Source of the DNA: Candidatus Woesearchaeota archaeon
Lineage (GTDB): Archaea > Nanobdellota > Nanobdellia > Woesearchaeales > GW2011-AR4
Direction of reading: 5' to 3'
Assembly (NCBI GenBank): GCA_016185755.1
Contig: JACPMX010000016.1
Location: 985-64,984, forward strand
Length of the DNA stretch: 64,000 nt
Under the pieces are notes generated by a model. The model saw nothing but the letters and a program-made list of their open reading frames with translations. It was not told the DNA's origin and did no database searches. Each line of letters opens with the position of its first letter. Position 1 is the stretch's first letter. A program made the translations under genes and the position numbers. Below are positions 1-9,499 of the stretch, in pieces.

Positions 1-1053
1 ACACATTCCACTTATTTCGGCTTGTTTTTTGCATTGTACATCATAACTAAAATTGTTCTGGAAAGAAAGCTGCCCGGATGGCACATCGCTGCAGGCATTC
101 TGGGACTGGCATTGTCTTTCGCTGTTTGGTGGCTCCCGATGATTTCCGCTTATGGGTTTGAAGGAACGCTTGAAGGGCTTGGGTTCAGCGTAGGCCGCCT
201 GGGCGAGCTTGGCATCAAAAAATCTTTGGGCGGAACTGGCGACAGGGCTTATACATTTTCTGACTTCTTTTTTGCACAAAAGCAGAACATGATAAACAAT
301 CCGATAGGAATAGGGGTCGTTCTCTCACTTTTAACGCTGGCAGGAATAATATTCCTGATTTTAAAATATAAAAGCCTATTGAAGCAGGAAAGCCACTGGC
401 TTGTGATTTCCCTTGTATGGCTGTTTTTTACGCTCTATGCCGTCAATGCTGACAGGTTTCCCATAAAGCTGTCGCCTTTCAGGGCATGGATGCTGCTGGC
501 AATACCGGTGTGCATATTTGCAGCTGAAGGTGCGCACGGCATCCTGGAGCTCTCAAAAAAATGCGCAGGCAGGATAGGGATGTATATTCTGCTGGCCTTA
601 CTATTGACAGGTATATATTTTACATCGGCACAGCAGAAGATAGCCGTAAACACGGCAACATGGCCGCCAGGGGCATTCTGGAGCTATGCGCAGGACAGCT
701 CAGGAAGGGTATATTCGCCTGAGCTGCAGAGCTATGTATGGATGAGGGAAAACCTTCCGAAAAACTCAAAAGTGTTCACATTTGCAAATAACGGCCCGGT
801 TATAGGAATGGATATGCACACATGCCACTGGTGCAAGGATGTCATAGACTACCAGGAACAGGGCTTTAAGAAAAATGCGCAGGAAAACTACAACTGGCTT
901 AAAAATAACGGCTATGGCTATATCATAATAGACGGCCAGACTGCCAAGAAGTTCGGAGCCAACGAGTCAAATGCAAAAATACAGGAACTGGGCCAGTCAG
1001 GCATGTTCAGGCCTGCGCTTCAAAATCAAGGAGCAATTATATTCAAGATTTGA
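1..1053 (+). CDS. Multi-TM membrane protein, GT-C-like glycosyltransferase (5'-partial)
   Basis: Frame is open from base 1. Many TM helices, then a soluble tail with 'YVWMRENLPKNSKV', similar to the tails of 48883..50496 and 52501..54141. Confidence 0.6.
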   Translation, partial: THSTYFGLFFALYIITKIVLERKLPGWHIAAGILGLALSFAVWWLPMISAYGFEGTLEGLGFSVGRLGELGIKKSLGGTGDRAYTFSDFFFAQKQNMINNPIGIGVVLSLLTLAGIIFLILKYKSLLKQESHWLVISLVWLFFTLYAVNADRFPIKLSPFRAWMLLAIPVCIFAAEGAHGILELSKKCAGRIGMYILLALLLTGIYFTSAQQKIAVNTATWPPGAFWSYAQDSSGRVYSPELQSYVWMRENLPKNSKVFTFANNGPVIGMDMHTCHWCKDVIDYQEQGFKKNAQENYNWLKNNGYGYIIIDGQTAKKFGANESNAKIQELGQSGMFRPALQNQGAIIFKI

Positions 1054-1055
1054 GA

Positions 1056-2546
1056 ATGACAAACTACACAAAAAAGGCACTGAAGAATTTTGGAATCATC
1101 TTTTTCATCTCCCTAGTTGCAGCTTTTTTCGGATATTTGGTGAGGGTATATTTTGCAAGAAGCCTTACAGTGGAGGAATTTGGGCTTTTCTATGCCGTGC
1201 TCGCTTTTTTGGGGATATTCGGAATTTTCAAAGGGCTCGGAATGGACGCGGCCTTGGCTTATTTTATCCCCAAGCTGAAGGCAGAATCAAAATTTAAAGA
1301 CGTCAAAAATTCAATAGCATACGCTGGCATTTTCTTGCTTGTGAACAACATTATTTTCATGCTGCTTGTCCTGGCTTTTGCGGACTTTTTGGGCATAAAC
1401 TATTTCAAGCACAAGCTTTCCGCAATGGTTTTGGTTTTCATGGCGATAGGCCTCTTCATAGACAGCTTTGTGCTCCTGATAAAATATGCTTTCCAGGGCT
1501 TTCAAAAAATGGAGATGTTCTCCAGCATAGACCTGGTAAGAATGATTTTAATACTGATTTTCTCGTTTATATTTTTCAAGCTGGGATTCGGAATTTTGAG
1601 CCCGGTTTTATCTTATATCCTATCCCCTTTAATGTTGGTATGCATATACCTTCCTTACCTATACAAGGAAAATGACAGACTATCATCAGGCAACAGATTC
1701 TTCTGGGACAAGAAGTTAGCCAAATCCCTGGCATCTTACGGCATGCACCTGACTTTTCTGTCGTCAGCAGGAATGATAATAGCATATTCTGACAGGATAA
1801 TGCTGACATTCTTCAGGTCGCTTGAAGAAGTTGGAATATACAGCGCAGTATTTCCGACTGCCATGCTGCTCTGGTACATACCGGATGCATTGTCAAAGGT
1901 GCTTTTGCCCCTGTCTTCTGAATTATGGAACAAAGGCCTGAAAAAAGAGATTGAAGAGGGATTAAGGCTGCTTTACAGGTATTCCATGATTATAATGCTT
2001 CCGGCATCTTTCCTGATACTTGCATTCTCCAAATTCATTTTAGAGCTGTTTTACGGGGCTGATTACTCTTCCGGAAGCGCGGCACTGCAGGTGCTGGCTG
2101 TAGGCATGATATTCTACAGCGTGCACAAGCTAAACAACAACGTGTTCCTTGGCATGGGAAAGCCGCAGATAAACACCAAAGTGACTATAATCGGGGCAAT
2201 AGCAAACATAATACTTAATTTTTTGCTGATCCCGCCTTTCGGCTTTCTCGGGGCATCCATAGCGACGATGTCGGCCTTTTTTTTGATGATGGGCGTGGGG
2301 TTTTATTTCCTTAAAAAAGCGGAAGTCACAGACATCCCTTACTTTCCATTGCTGAAGACCTTTTTTGCCTCCATGATTTTCCTGGCTGCAATTTACTATC
2401 TCAATCTCCGGCTTATTATGGGAATATTTATAAAAATCCCGCTTGTAGTATTCCTATCAGGGTCAATTTACATTGCGCTGCTGTTTGCGCTTAAGCTGCT
2501 GACTATTGTGGAGATAAAAGGGCTGATAAAAAGGCTCAAATCATGA
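1056..2546 (+). CDS. Wzx-type oligosaccharide flippase (polysaccharide biosynthesis transporter)
   Basis: About 14 TM. 'ARSLTVEEFGLF', 'DRIMLTFFRSLEEVGIYSA', 'NIILNFLLIPPFGFLGASIAT'. Confidence 0.9.
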   Translation: MTNYTKKALKNFGIIFFISLVAAFFGYLVRVYFARSLTVEEFGLFYAVLAFLGIFGIFKGLGMDAALAYFIPKLKAESKFKDVKNSIAYAGIFLLVNNIIFMLLVLAFADFLGINYFKHKLSAMVLVFMAIGLFIDSFVLLIKYAFQGFQKMEMFSSIDLVRMILILIFSFIFFKLGFGILSPVLSYILSPLMLVCIYLPYLYKENDRLSSGNRFFWDKKLAKSLASYGMHLTFLSSAGMIIAYSDRIMLTFFRSLEEVGIYSAVFPTAMLLWYIPDALSKVLLPLSSELWNKGLKKEIEEGLRLLYRYSMIIMLPASFLILAFSKFILELFYGADYSSGSAALQVLAVGMIFYSVHKLNNNVFLGMGKPQINTKVTIIGAIANIILNFLLIPPFGFLGASIATMSAFFLMMGVGFYFLKKAEVTDIPYFPLLKTFFASMIFLAAIYYLNLRLIMGIFIKIPLVVFLSGSIYIALLFALKLLTIVEIKGLIKRLKS

Positions 2547-2582
2547 CAAGCCCATTTGGTCCGGGATTAAAAAACACTTTGA

Positions 2583-4301
2583 ATGACGGTAAAAATGAAA
2601 GACAAGCTGCAGAAAGTGATTCATCATCTGCCAAAAACTATGCAGAAAATAGCACTTTCCTATTATAATTCCATTGGATTCAGGAAAAGCCACGCATCAA
2701 GGACGCTGCAGCTGGAGTTCCCGATAAAAAGCAAAGACGGCTCGTTCCTATTCCACAAGCCGCTTTTCGGCAACGGGACAAGCCAGGGCTACTTTACCCA
2801 ATATTACAGGGAGCCGGAGATCCCGCAGGTATTCCTGACTGTAGAGGACAGGCTGTCATTAAAGACGGAAACCCTAAAAGGAAGACTATACCAAAAAAAT
2901 AAAAAAGCCAAAAAAAGCATAAAATCAGAATGTATATTGCCGGTTTCTTTGGTAAAAAAAGGATTTGAGGGAAGCTATATCGATAATGACGCCTTGATAC
3001 AGCTCAAAATCAACGGCAAAAAAACGGACCTGAAGGGGCTTGCAATAAACAGATTTCATTACCTGCCTGTACAAGGCAATTCAAAAATAGAATTGTCTTC
3101 CAGCCATGATTTCATTGCCGGTGACGAGCTGGGAAAAAGACAAGGCAAAAAGCACAAGAAGAAGCTTGTGCTGGTTTTATTTATAGACGGCTTTGCAGCG
3201 GAAATCCTTAAAAAATCCCATCTCAAGGACATGATGCCGCACACCTATAGGTTCTTCAGCAAAGGGATAATGTTCAACAACTGCTATTCATCCTCAAAAT
3301 GGACATTGCCAAATCTTGCTTCCATGTTTTCCGGAAAATATGCAAAAAAACACGGCATTTTCCACCCCAGCAAAGAGATAGAGCTGGGAAAGAATTACCC
3401 TGTCATCAGCAATTATTTCCAGGATGACGGCTACCTGACCCTTCATGTGGAGGGCGGATGGCGATTAACCCCCTCTTACGGCTACTGCAAGGGATTTGAC
3501 CGGACAATCTACAAGAAAAACATGCAGGAAAGCGAAATATTGGCAGCCCTTTTTGAGCATATAAGCGCATTTAAGGAAAGAGATAACTTTGCATGGCTCT
3601 CATTCATGGACCTGCACCATGACATGAACCTGCTTCCCGACATAGACATACAGGCGGAAACTCCGATAATGTACCATAGCTACGGCCCGTCAAAAATAAA
3701 ATCTGCGCTGATAAAAAGCTTTGACGAGAAAAAAACATACAAATACGCGAAAAAACTCACTAACATTGATTTTGACCTAAAAAGGATTTATGACTACCTA
3801 GAGGATAATTATAGCAATGACGAGATGCTGGTCGTGCTTGTTTCTGATCACGGCCAGGGATATATACAGGACTCAAAAACAACATTGTCCAAAACAAGGA
3901 CGCACGTCCCCCTAATGGTCAGGGGATGCAAAAATAAAAATACAGGCAGCGACGAGATAGTTTCCAACATGGACCTGCTTCCGATATTGCTGCACCTCTC
4001 GGGAATTCCCTATGACAATGGCAGTTTTGATGGAACTCTTCCAAAGATATTCGGCGGCGAGGGCAGGGAATACGCCATTACAGAGACTATCTACCCTGGA
4101 GAGCCCTACACAGCCGCGATTACCGATGCAGAAAATGAATTTTATTTTGAGACAGAAGCAAATGCCGATGACAGCGGCAATGTAAACGCAAATAAATTCA
4201 AAATTCAGATGATAAACTCTAAGGACGGAAATGATGCAACAGAAAAAAACCCGGAAAAAGCCATGGAGTACAAAAAAATAATTCTAAAGCACATAAGATA
4301 G
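2583..4301 (+). CDS. Sulfatase-like hydrolase/transferase (alkaline phosphatase superfamily)
   Basis: 'LVLFIDGF', 'WTLPNLASMFSG', 'MDLH', 'VSDHG', 'HVPLMV', 'SNMDLLP'. Thr occupies the nucleophile position in place of the C/S-x-P-x-R motif. Confidence 0.8.
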   Translation: MTVKMKDKLQKVIHHLPKTMQKIALSYYNSIGFRKSHASRTLQLEFPIKSKDGSFLFHKPLFGNGTSQGYFTQYYREPEIPQVFLTVEDRLSLKTETLKGRLYQKNKKAKKSIKSECILPVSLVKKGFEGSYIDNDALIQLKINGKKTDLKGLAINRFHYLPVQGNSKIELSSSHDFIAGDELGKRQGKKHKKKLVLVLFIDGFAAEILKKSHLKDMMPHTYRFFSKGIMFNNCYSSSKWTLPNLASMFSGKYAKKHGIFHPSKEIELGKNYPVISNYFQDDGYLTLHVEGGWRLTPSYGYCKGFDRTIYKKNMQESEILAALFEHISAFKERDNFAWLSFMDLHHDMNLLPDIDIQAETPIMYHSYGPSKIKSALIKSFDEKKTYKYAKKLTNIDFDLKRIYDYLEDNYSNDEMLVVLVSDHGQGYIQDSKTTLSKTRTHVPLMVRGCKNKNTGSDEIVSNMDLLPILLHLSGIPYDNGSFDGTLPKIFGGEGREYAITETIYPGEPYTAAITDAENEFYFETEANADDSGNVNANKFKIQMINSKDGNDATEKNPEKAMEYKKIILKHIR

Positions 4302-4362
4302 ATCAGCAAACAGGATTCCGCACTGCTTACATCTTGAATAAAAATACATTAAAATAGAAACC

Positions 4363-4409
4363 TTTATATACTAATATTATTCACTTTTTTATTATAATTA
4401 TTCACTTTT
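4363..4409 (+). promoter_or_regulatory. TATA box plus tandem 13-bp direct repeat (candidate operator)
   Basis: TTTATATA at 4363-4370. ATTATTCACTTTT at 4376-4388 and 4397-4409 (21-bp period), just before the ATG at 4414. Confidence 0.65.
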
Positions 4410-4413
4410 AAGA

Positions 4414-5826
4414 ATGAGCAACAAATCCAGAGTCTTTGAGTTCCTGTACAGGAACAGCGGCAGCAGGTACAATATCAACCAGATCTCAAGGCTGACTGGC
4501 ATAAGCGTGGGAAGCGCCTTCAAGATCCTGAAAAATCTCGAAAAGGACAACTATGCAAACGCAGAGAAAAGAAACAATTCATTATTATACCAAATCAACC
4601 AAAACGGCCAAACAAAAGATGCTTTTGAGGATATTGAGGAGGAAAAAAGAAGCAAAAACCTGAAGAAAACAAAAATTATATGCACCCTGGGGAAATCTTC
4701 CGAAAGCGGGCCCCTGATTGGGAAATTAATTGAGAAGGGGATGGATGCTGCAAAGATAGACTCCTCCTTTTATGATGAAAAAGGCTCAGCAGGGATAATC
4801 AAAAAAATAAGGGAGATATCGGACCAGATACCAATAATTCTTGACATTTCAAAAAACAGCGAGATAAAGCCATGGGCAAGGGCTGCTATGGAGAACGACA
4901 TTGATTTTATCATAGTCTCAATAAAGAATGCAGATGATATAAGGAGAATAAACCGGCTCCTTGGCTACAGCGACATGAAGCAGGTCATCGGAGAAAAAAT
5001 CAAGGTGCTTGCGCGCCTGGTGGCAGAAAACCTGGGGAACCACAGGGAAATAATAGAAGAAGCTTATGGAGTTGTGGTGGACCGAGACTCGCTTGTAAAG
5101 GGCAAAAGATATGAGATGCTTCCTTTAATGCAGAAGATGATAATAGAAGAATGCAACAAGCAGGGCAAGCCCGCTATAATTTCCGGGCAGGTGCTAAAAT
5201 CAATGGCCGGCAAAAACTTCCCGGAGGCAACTGAAGTTTACAGCATAACCAACATGGTTCTTGACGGGGCTTCCTGCATAATGCTTTCCGGCGAAACCGG
5301 AGCGGGAAATTACCCGGAAGAATCCGTGGCTGCATTATCCAGGATTATCAAGGGGGTGGAGTCAGGCCTGTCAGAAAATTACATTGGGGCAATCCAGGAG
5401 GATTTTGTGCATTCCATAGGAAAAGCGGTATTAGAGGTTGAAAAAAACGCCAATATAGATGCCATACTAATCCTGACGTCTGGAGGCTATTCTGCAAGAA
5501 TGATATCCGGCAGAAGATTAAAATGCAAAGTCATAGCCGCGACATCCAGCAGGAAAATATCCAGGCAGCTCAATATATTGTGGGGAATAAGCCCGCTGCT
5601 TATCAAAGGCAACCTTGAGGACATATCCAGCCGGGAGAAAAAAGAGGCTGTAACCAATTCCCTGAAAAAAGGATTCATAAAAAAGAGCGACCGGATTGCC
5701 ATAGTAGCCTCAGTTTTTCACAGCAAGTCCAAGATAACAAATCTGCTGGAGATACACAAAGTTAACGAGTTTTTGGATTATCTAGATGGCAAGAGCAATG
5801 GCAGGCTAATCACAGAGGTGCGATAA
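4414..5826 (+). CDS. Winged-HTH fused to degenerate pyruvate kinase (A and C domains, no lid); putative regulator
   Basis: N-terminal 'NINQISRLTGISVGSAFKILKNLE' HTH. PK motifs 'KKTKIICTLG', 'VLDGASCIMLSGETGAGNYP', 'LTSGGYSAR', 'RQLNILWGI'. Catalytic RLNFSHG, KIE, ARGD and TQ motifs are altered. Confidence 0.8.
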   Translation: MSNKSRVFEFLYRNSGSRYNINQISRLTGISVGSAFKILKNLEKDNYANAEKRNNSLLYQINQNGQTKDAFEDIEEEKRSKNLKKTKIICTLGKSSESGPLIGKLIEKGMDAAKIDSSFYDEKGSAGIIKKIREISDQIPIILDISKNSEIKPWARAAMENDIDFIIVSIKNADDIRRINRLLGYSDMKQVIGEKIKVLARLVAENLGNHREIIEEAYGVVVDRDSLVKGKRYEMLPLMQKMIIEECNKQGKPAIISGQVLKSMAGKNFPEATEVYSITNMVLDGASCIMLSGETGAGNYPEESVAALSRIIKGVESGLSENYIGAIQEDFVHSIGKAVLEVEKNANIDAILILTSGGYSARMISGRRLKCKVIAATSSRKISRQLNILWGISPLLIKGNLEDISSREKKEAVTNSLKKGFIKKSDRIAIVASVFHSKSKITNLLEIHKVNEFLDYLDGKSNGRLITEVR

Positions 5827-5827
5827 A

Positions 5828-6898
5828 ATGGCATATTTCCATGAAGCAGCGCTGATAGACAGCACAGATGACATGCAGTTCAAGATATACAGCAGCACGC
5901 ACCCGAAAGGATTTATCATAGCAAAGCCAAAATACATACCAAGCGAGCTGCTTAATCTGGCCGGACTGAAGAAAAGATTTCTTTTCAGCAGGTGCATGTA
6001 CCGCTTCAACCTTTTTAATGATAAGAAGATAGTGGGGAAAAACCTGGAAGAACTAAGGAAAAAATTCCCGGAATGCGTCTATGAATGCAGGAAGCACAAA
6101 AACTGGTTTCTTGGAGTCCCGGAAAAAAAAGTGAAAAAATTCTACGATACTAGAAAAGGACTGCAGGAACTGCTGAAAGTGCCTGTGGAGGACCTTGACA
6201 GCTACTTAAAGGCTGTGAGAAAAATGATAGACATCCTTGCCGAAGCCGGAATAAAATCAAAAGACCTCGGGATTAGCCATTCAACTTTGCTGGGGAACTA
6301 TACCCCGGGAAAATCCGACATAGACATATTGATTTTCGGCATGGGCAACGGCTGGAAAGCTGTTAAGCACCTGGAAAAATGCAAAGATCCTTCATTAAGC
6401 TGGAAATCCAAGGAAGGCTGGGCCAAATATTACAAAGACAGGGTTGTTTCCAAGGTTTACACTGAAAAGGAATATGTCGCGAACATGGTCAGGAAAAAAG
6501 ACGACGGATTTATTGACGGCAACGTATTCTCGCTCTTCTGCATTGAAAATGGGAATGAATCGTGGTATGACTGGGAAGAGGAGCACGAGCCTCTTGCAAC
6601 AGTGAAAATAAAAGCCAAAGTAAAGAATGCATATTATTCCATTGTAAGGCCCGGGTATTACGGGCTGGAAAACAGCAAAGTGCTCGAAGGCTATAAAGAT
6701 GTCCCTATAAAGCGCATTGTCACATGGGCAAGGCCCTTCAGCCTGCAGGCAAAAGAAAACGAGGAAATAGAAGCATGCGGCCTGCTTGAGAAAGTCAAGG
6801 CTGAAGACGGCGAGTTTTACCAGGTAGTGATAGGCTACTTTGATACATATACGACCGGCAGGGGTGAAAAAGAATACCTAAAAGCGTGTATAGACTAA
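5828..6898 (+). CDS. Pol-beta superfamily nucleotidyltransferase, archaeal uncharacterised type (COG1665-like), paralogue A
   Basis: 'GISHSTLLG...SDIDILIFG' (xS...DxD). C-terminal OB-like 'EEIEACGLLEKV...VVIGYFD'. Confidence 0.7.
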   Translation: MAYFHEAALIDSTDDMQFKIYSSTHPKGFIIAKPKYIPSELLNLAGLKKRFLFSRCMYRFNLFNDKKIVGKNLEELRKKFPECVYECRKHKNWFLGVPEKKVKKFYDTRKGLQELLKVPVEDLDSYLKAVRKMIDILAEAGIKSKDLGISHSTLLGNYTPGKSDIDILIFGMGNGWKAVKHLEKCKDPSLSWKSKEGWAKYYKDRVVSKVYTEKEYVANMVRKKDDGFIDGNVFSLFCIENGNESWYDWEEEHEPLATVKIKAKVKNAYYSIVRPGYYGLENSKVLEGYKDVPIKRIVTWARPFSLQAKENEEIEACGLLEKVKAEDGEFYQVVIGYFDTYTTGRGEKEYLKACID

Positions 6899-6899
6899 A

Positions 6900-7988
6900 A
6901 TGCACTTCTACGAATCATCAATAATAACAACAAAAGACGGGCTCCATTGCCAGGTTTACGGCAACGAGCATCCTGAAGGCAGGATACTAGTCAAGCCGAA
7001 GTACATACCGACTGACAGGATATCATGCGATTCCCTGCCTTACAGGTTCATCACCGGCCGGAAGATGAACAGGCTGAACCTCTGGATAGGCCAAAGCAAG
7101 CTTAAGAAATACTTTGATGATTTTGCCAAAGCATATCCCCGATATATATTCAAAAGCCCTGTCCATGAAAAAAGCCCCTTGTTTTTTGCCGTGCCCAAAG
7201 AATGCATTGAAAAAACTTATTCACCAAGGGAAGGGCTTGCAGAGCTCATGAGCATGCCTACAAGCCAGATGGACGACCATCTTAAGGCTGTCTTCGAGTT
7301 AATGTCCTTTCTGCTCACAAGCGGCCTTAAACTGGAGGATTTCGGCATTACCTACTCGACTTTGATGGGCCATTATTCCTCATACAAATCAGACATCAAC
7401 ATTGTTGTCTATGGAAAAAAGAAGTTCTGGCACCTGATGAAATTCCTGGAAAAAACCGGCAATAAGGAGCTGAGGTGGAAGACCTATGAGGAATGGGGGG
7501 AATTCTATAAGAAAAGGAACAGGCACATCATACACAAAAAGGAGAAATACATAGAAGACATGCACAGGAAGAGATCGGAAGGCTTCTTTAAAGGCATACT
7601 GTTTGTAATATTTGCAGTTGAAAACAAAGATGAAACATGGTTCAAATGGGGCGATGAAAAATATAAGAGAATAGGGGCAGCCAAATTTGAAGCTTTTGTA
7701 AAAGAAAATAAAGACTCAGTCGTAAGGCCCGGATGCTATATCATTTCCGATTCCAATTTCATAGGCGGGGATAGTTCATGCAGGGGAATACAAATAAGCA
7801 AAGCCGTCTTTTACTCAAGAGACTACTGCATGCTTGCATATCCGGGCGAGAAAATAGAGATAAGCGGGGTTGTCGAGGAAGTTGCCCGGAAATCGGGCGA
7901 AAAATATTACAGGGTAGTCGTTGGCTACTTTGACTCTTACCTAAGCGGAAGAAGAGATCAAGAATACATAAAAGTTACTGATGATTAA
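6900..7988 (+). CDS. Pol-beta superfamily nucleotidyltransferase paralogue B (DxN variant)
   Basis: Colinear with paralogue A (KPKYIP, STL.G.Y...KSDI, VRPG.Y, VV.GYFD). Motif reads 'SDINIVVYG'. Confidence 0.7.
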   Translation: MHFYESSIITTKDGLHCQVYGNEHPEGRILVKPKYIPTDRISCDSLPYRFITGRKMNRLNLWIGQSKLKKYFDDFAKAYPRYIFKSPVHEKSPLFFAVPKECIEKTYSPREGLAELMSMPTSQMDDHLKAVFELMSFLLTSGLKLEDFGITYSTLMGHYSSYKSDINIVVYGKKKFWHLMKFLEKTGNKELRWKTYEEWGEFYKKRNRHIIHKKEKYIEDMHRKRSEGFFKGILFVIFAVENKDETWFKWGDEKYKRIGAAKFEAFVKENKDSVVRPGCYIISDSNFIGGDSSCRGIQISKAVFYSRDYCMLAYPGEKIEISGVVEEVARKSGEKYYRVVVGYFDSYLSGRRDQEYIKVTDD

Positions 7989-8610
7989 GATGAGCAAAAG
8001 CGAGATTAAAAAACTGCTTGACGAAGATGCAAGCCTTAAGGATGGCTGCAATCTATGCAATGAATCTAAATTCACATCAGGATACGATACAGGATACGGA
8101 ATAATCGTCTACAAGAACGGAACTTTAAAGAACGGCTGGTTCGCAACCCTGTCACCAAAAACCGGCGGGGACCCGGAACACGATTTCACAGTCCAGCTGA
8201 TGCCATGCCTGCATTTGACACATTTCTCACAGATAGCCCCGCATAAGGGCATGATGGAGAATTATGGTGTTGCATTTTCAAGAATTTGCATGGCAATCTC
8301 AGCTGTTTTAATGCAGGAAGAAGGGCTGAAGGCCGGCACTGAAGAAAAAAAGCTGTCCATGCCTTTGGCGACATACGGAAAGAGCACAACATGGAAAAAA
8401 AAGAAGGAGCATCTTCACTTAAAGATTTTCCCGTTTCGCGGGAATATCGGGCAGCCGTATACTGTGGACAGCTCTTTCGGCAAAAAAGAGATTTTTATGG
8501 ACAGCAAGAAGACGGAATTCGTGAAAATGGCGCCTGTGAAGAAAAAGAAACTAAGCAGAGCCAGACTTGGCTACCTGGCAAAAAGGCTGATATCCCTGCT
8601 TGAAAGATAA
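7981..8610 (+). CDS. HIT/GalT-like nucleotide hydrolase/transferase (atypical HxHxK)
   Basis: N-terminal 'GCNLC' (CxxC), 'LMPCLH', and 'EHLHLKIFP' resembling the HIT motif HxHxHxxP. Confidence 0.55.
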   Translation: MIKMSKSEIKKLLDEDASLKDGCNLCNESKFTSGYDTGYGIIVYKNGTLKNGWFATLSPKTGGDPEHDFTVQLMPCLHLTHFSQIAPHKGMMENYGVAFSRICMAISAVLMQEEGLKAGTEEKKLSMPLATYGKSTTWKKKKEHLHLKIFPFRGNIGQPYTVDSSFGKKEIFMDSKKTEFVKMAPVKKKKLSRARLGYLAKRLISLLER

Positions 8611-8611
8611 T

Positions 8612-9490
8612 ATGGCAAAAAAAATAGACTTGCAGTCCCACACTACAGCTTCAGACGGCGAACTGGCTCCCGAAGAGCTGGTTGACCTGGCAATAGAAAA
8701 AGGGCTGAGCGCAATCGCAATAACAGACCACGATTCCGTGGCATCGCTGAAGGCTGCAATTGAGCATTCCAAAGGCAAAAATATTGAAATAGTTACAGGC
8801 GTAGAATTAAGCTGCGACGATCCCATACTAAATTACGACAAAATAGACGTGCTAGGCCTTTTTATAGACCCAAAAAACAAAAAGCTGATGGAATCAATTA
8901 AAAAAATAAACAGGAAAAGGGATGATAACAAAAAGAGGATAATAGGGAAATTAAAAAGCCTCGGCTACGAAATTGAGTATGAAGAAGTCAAAAAAACAGC
9001 CAAAGGGACTTTCGGCAGGCCCCATATTGCAAAATACCTGCTGAAAAAATACCCCTCGGAATTCAGCTCTGTTGCCGACGTTTTCGACAAGCTGATAGGC
9101 ACAGGCAAAAAAGCATTTGTGGGGACCCATGACAGGGTTTCCATCAAGGATGCCGTAAAGACAATAAAAGGCGCTGGCGGCATTTCCATACTGGCTCATC
9201 CGGGAATATACACCAAGGAAGATTCAATCAGGATTATTGATTATTTTATTGACAAAGGAGGCGAGGGAATTGAGACATATTATCCCTACCACATCATATG
9301 CCCGGAGCTTAATGTTGATAAAGAAGGCAATGAAAAAATAATAGGCTTCTACAAAAAAATCGCAAAATCAAAAAGAATACTTGAAAGCGGCGGCAACGAC
9401 CACCACGGCAATTACAGGTTTACTTTGGGAGCTGTTGAAATCCCATACGAAGTTTTGGAAAACCTTAGGAACAGGAAACCTGCCCTGTAG
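8612..9490 (+). CDS. PHP-domain phosphoesterase (YciV/TrpH type; candidate pAp 3'-phosphatase)
   Basis: 'DLQSHTTASDG', 'AITDHD', 'GVELS', 'GRPHIA', 'LAHPG', 'GGNDHHG'. Confidence 0.85.
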   Translation: MAKKIDLQSHTTASDGELAPEELVDLAIEKGLSAIAITDHDSVASLKAAIEHSKGKNIEIVTGVELSCDDPILNYDKIDVLGLFIDPKNKKLMESIKKINRKRDDNKKRIIGKLKSLGYEIEYEEVKKTAKGTFGRPHIAKYLLKKYPSEFSSVADVFDKLIGTGKKAFVGTHDRVSIKDAVKTIKGAGGISILAHPGIYTKEDSIRIIDYFIDKGGEGIETYYPYHIICPELNVDKEGNEKIIGFYKKIAKSKRILESGGNDHHGNYRFTLGAVEIPYEVLENLRNRKPAL

Positions 9491-9499
9491 GCAAACAAA

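Noticed and set aside
4414..5826. Annotation as a functional pyruvate kinase (pyk)
   Set aside because: The lid domain is absent, catalytic K/E/D/T motifs are substituted, and an HTH is fused at the N-terminus.
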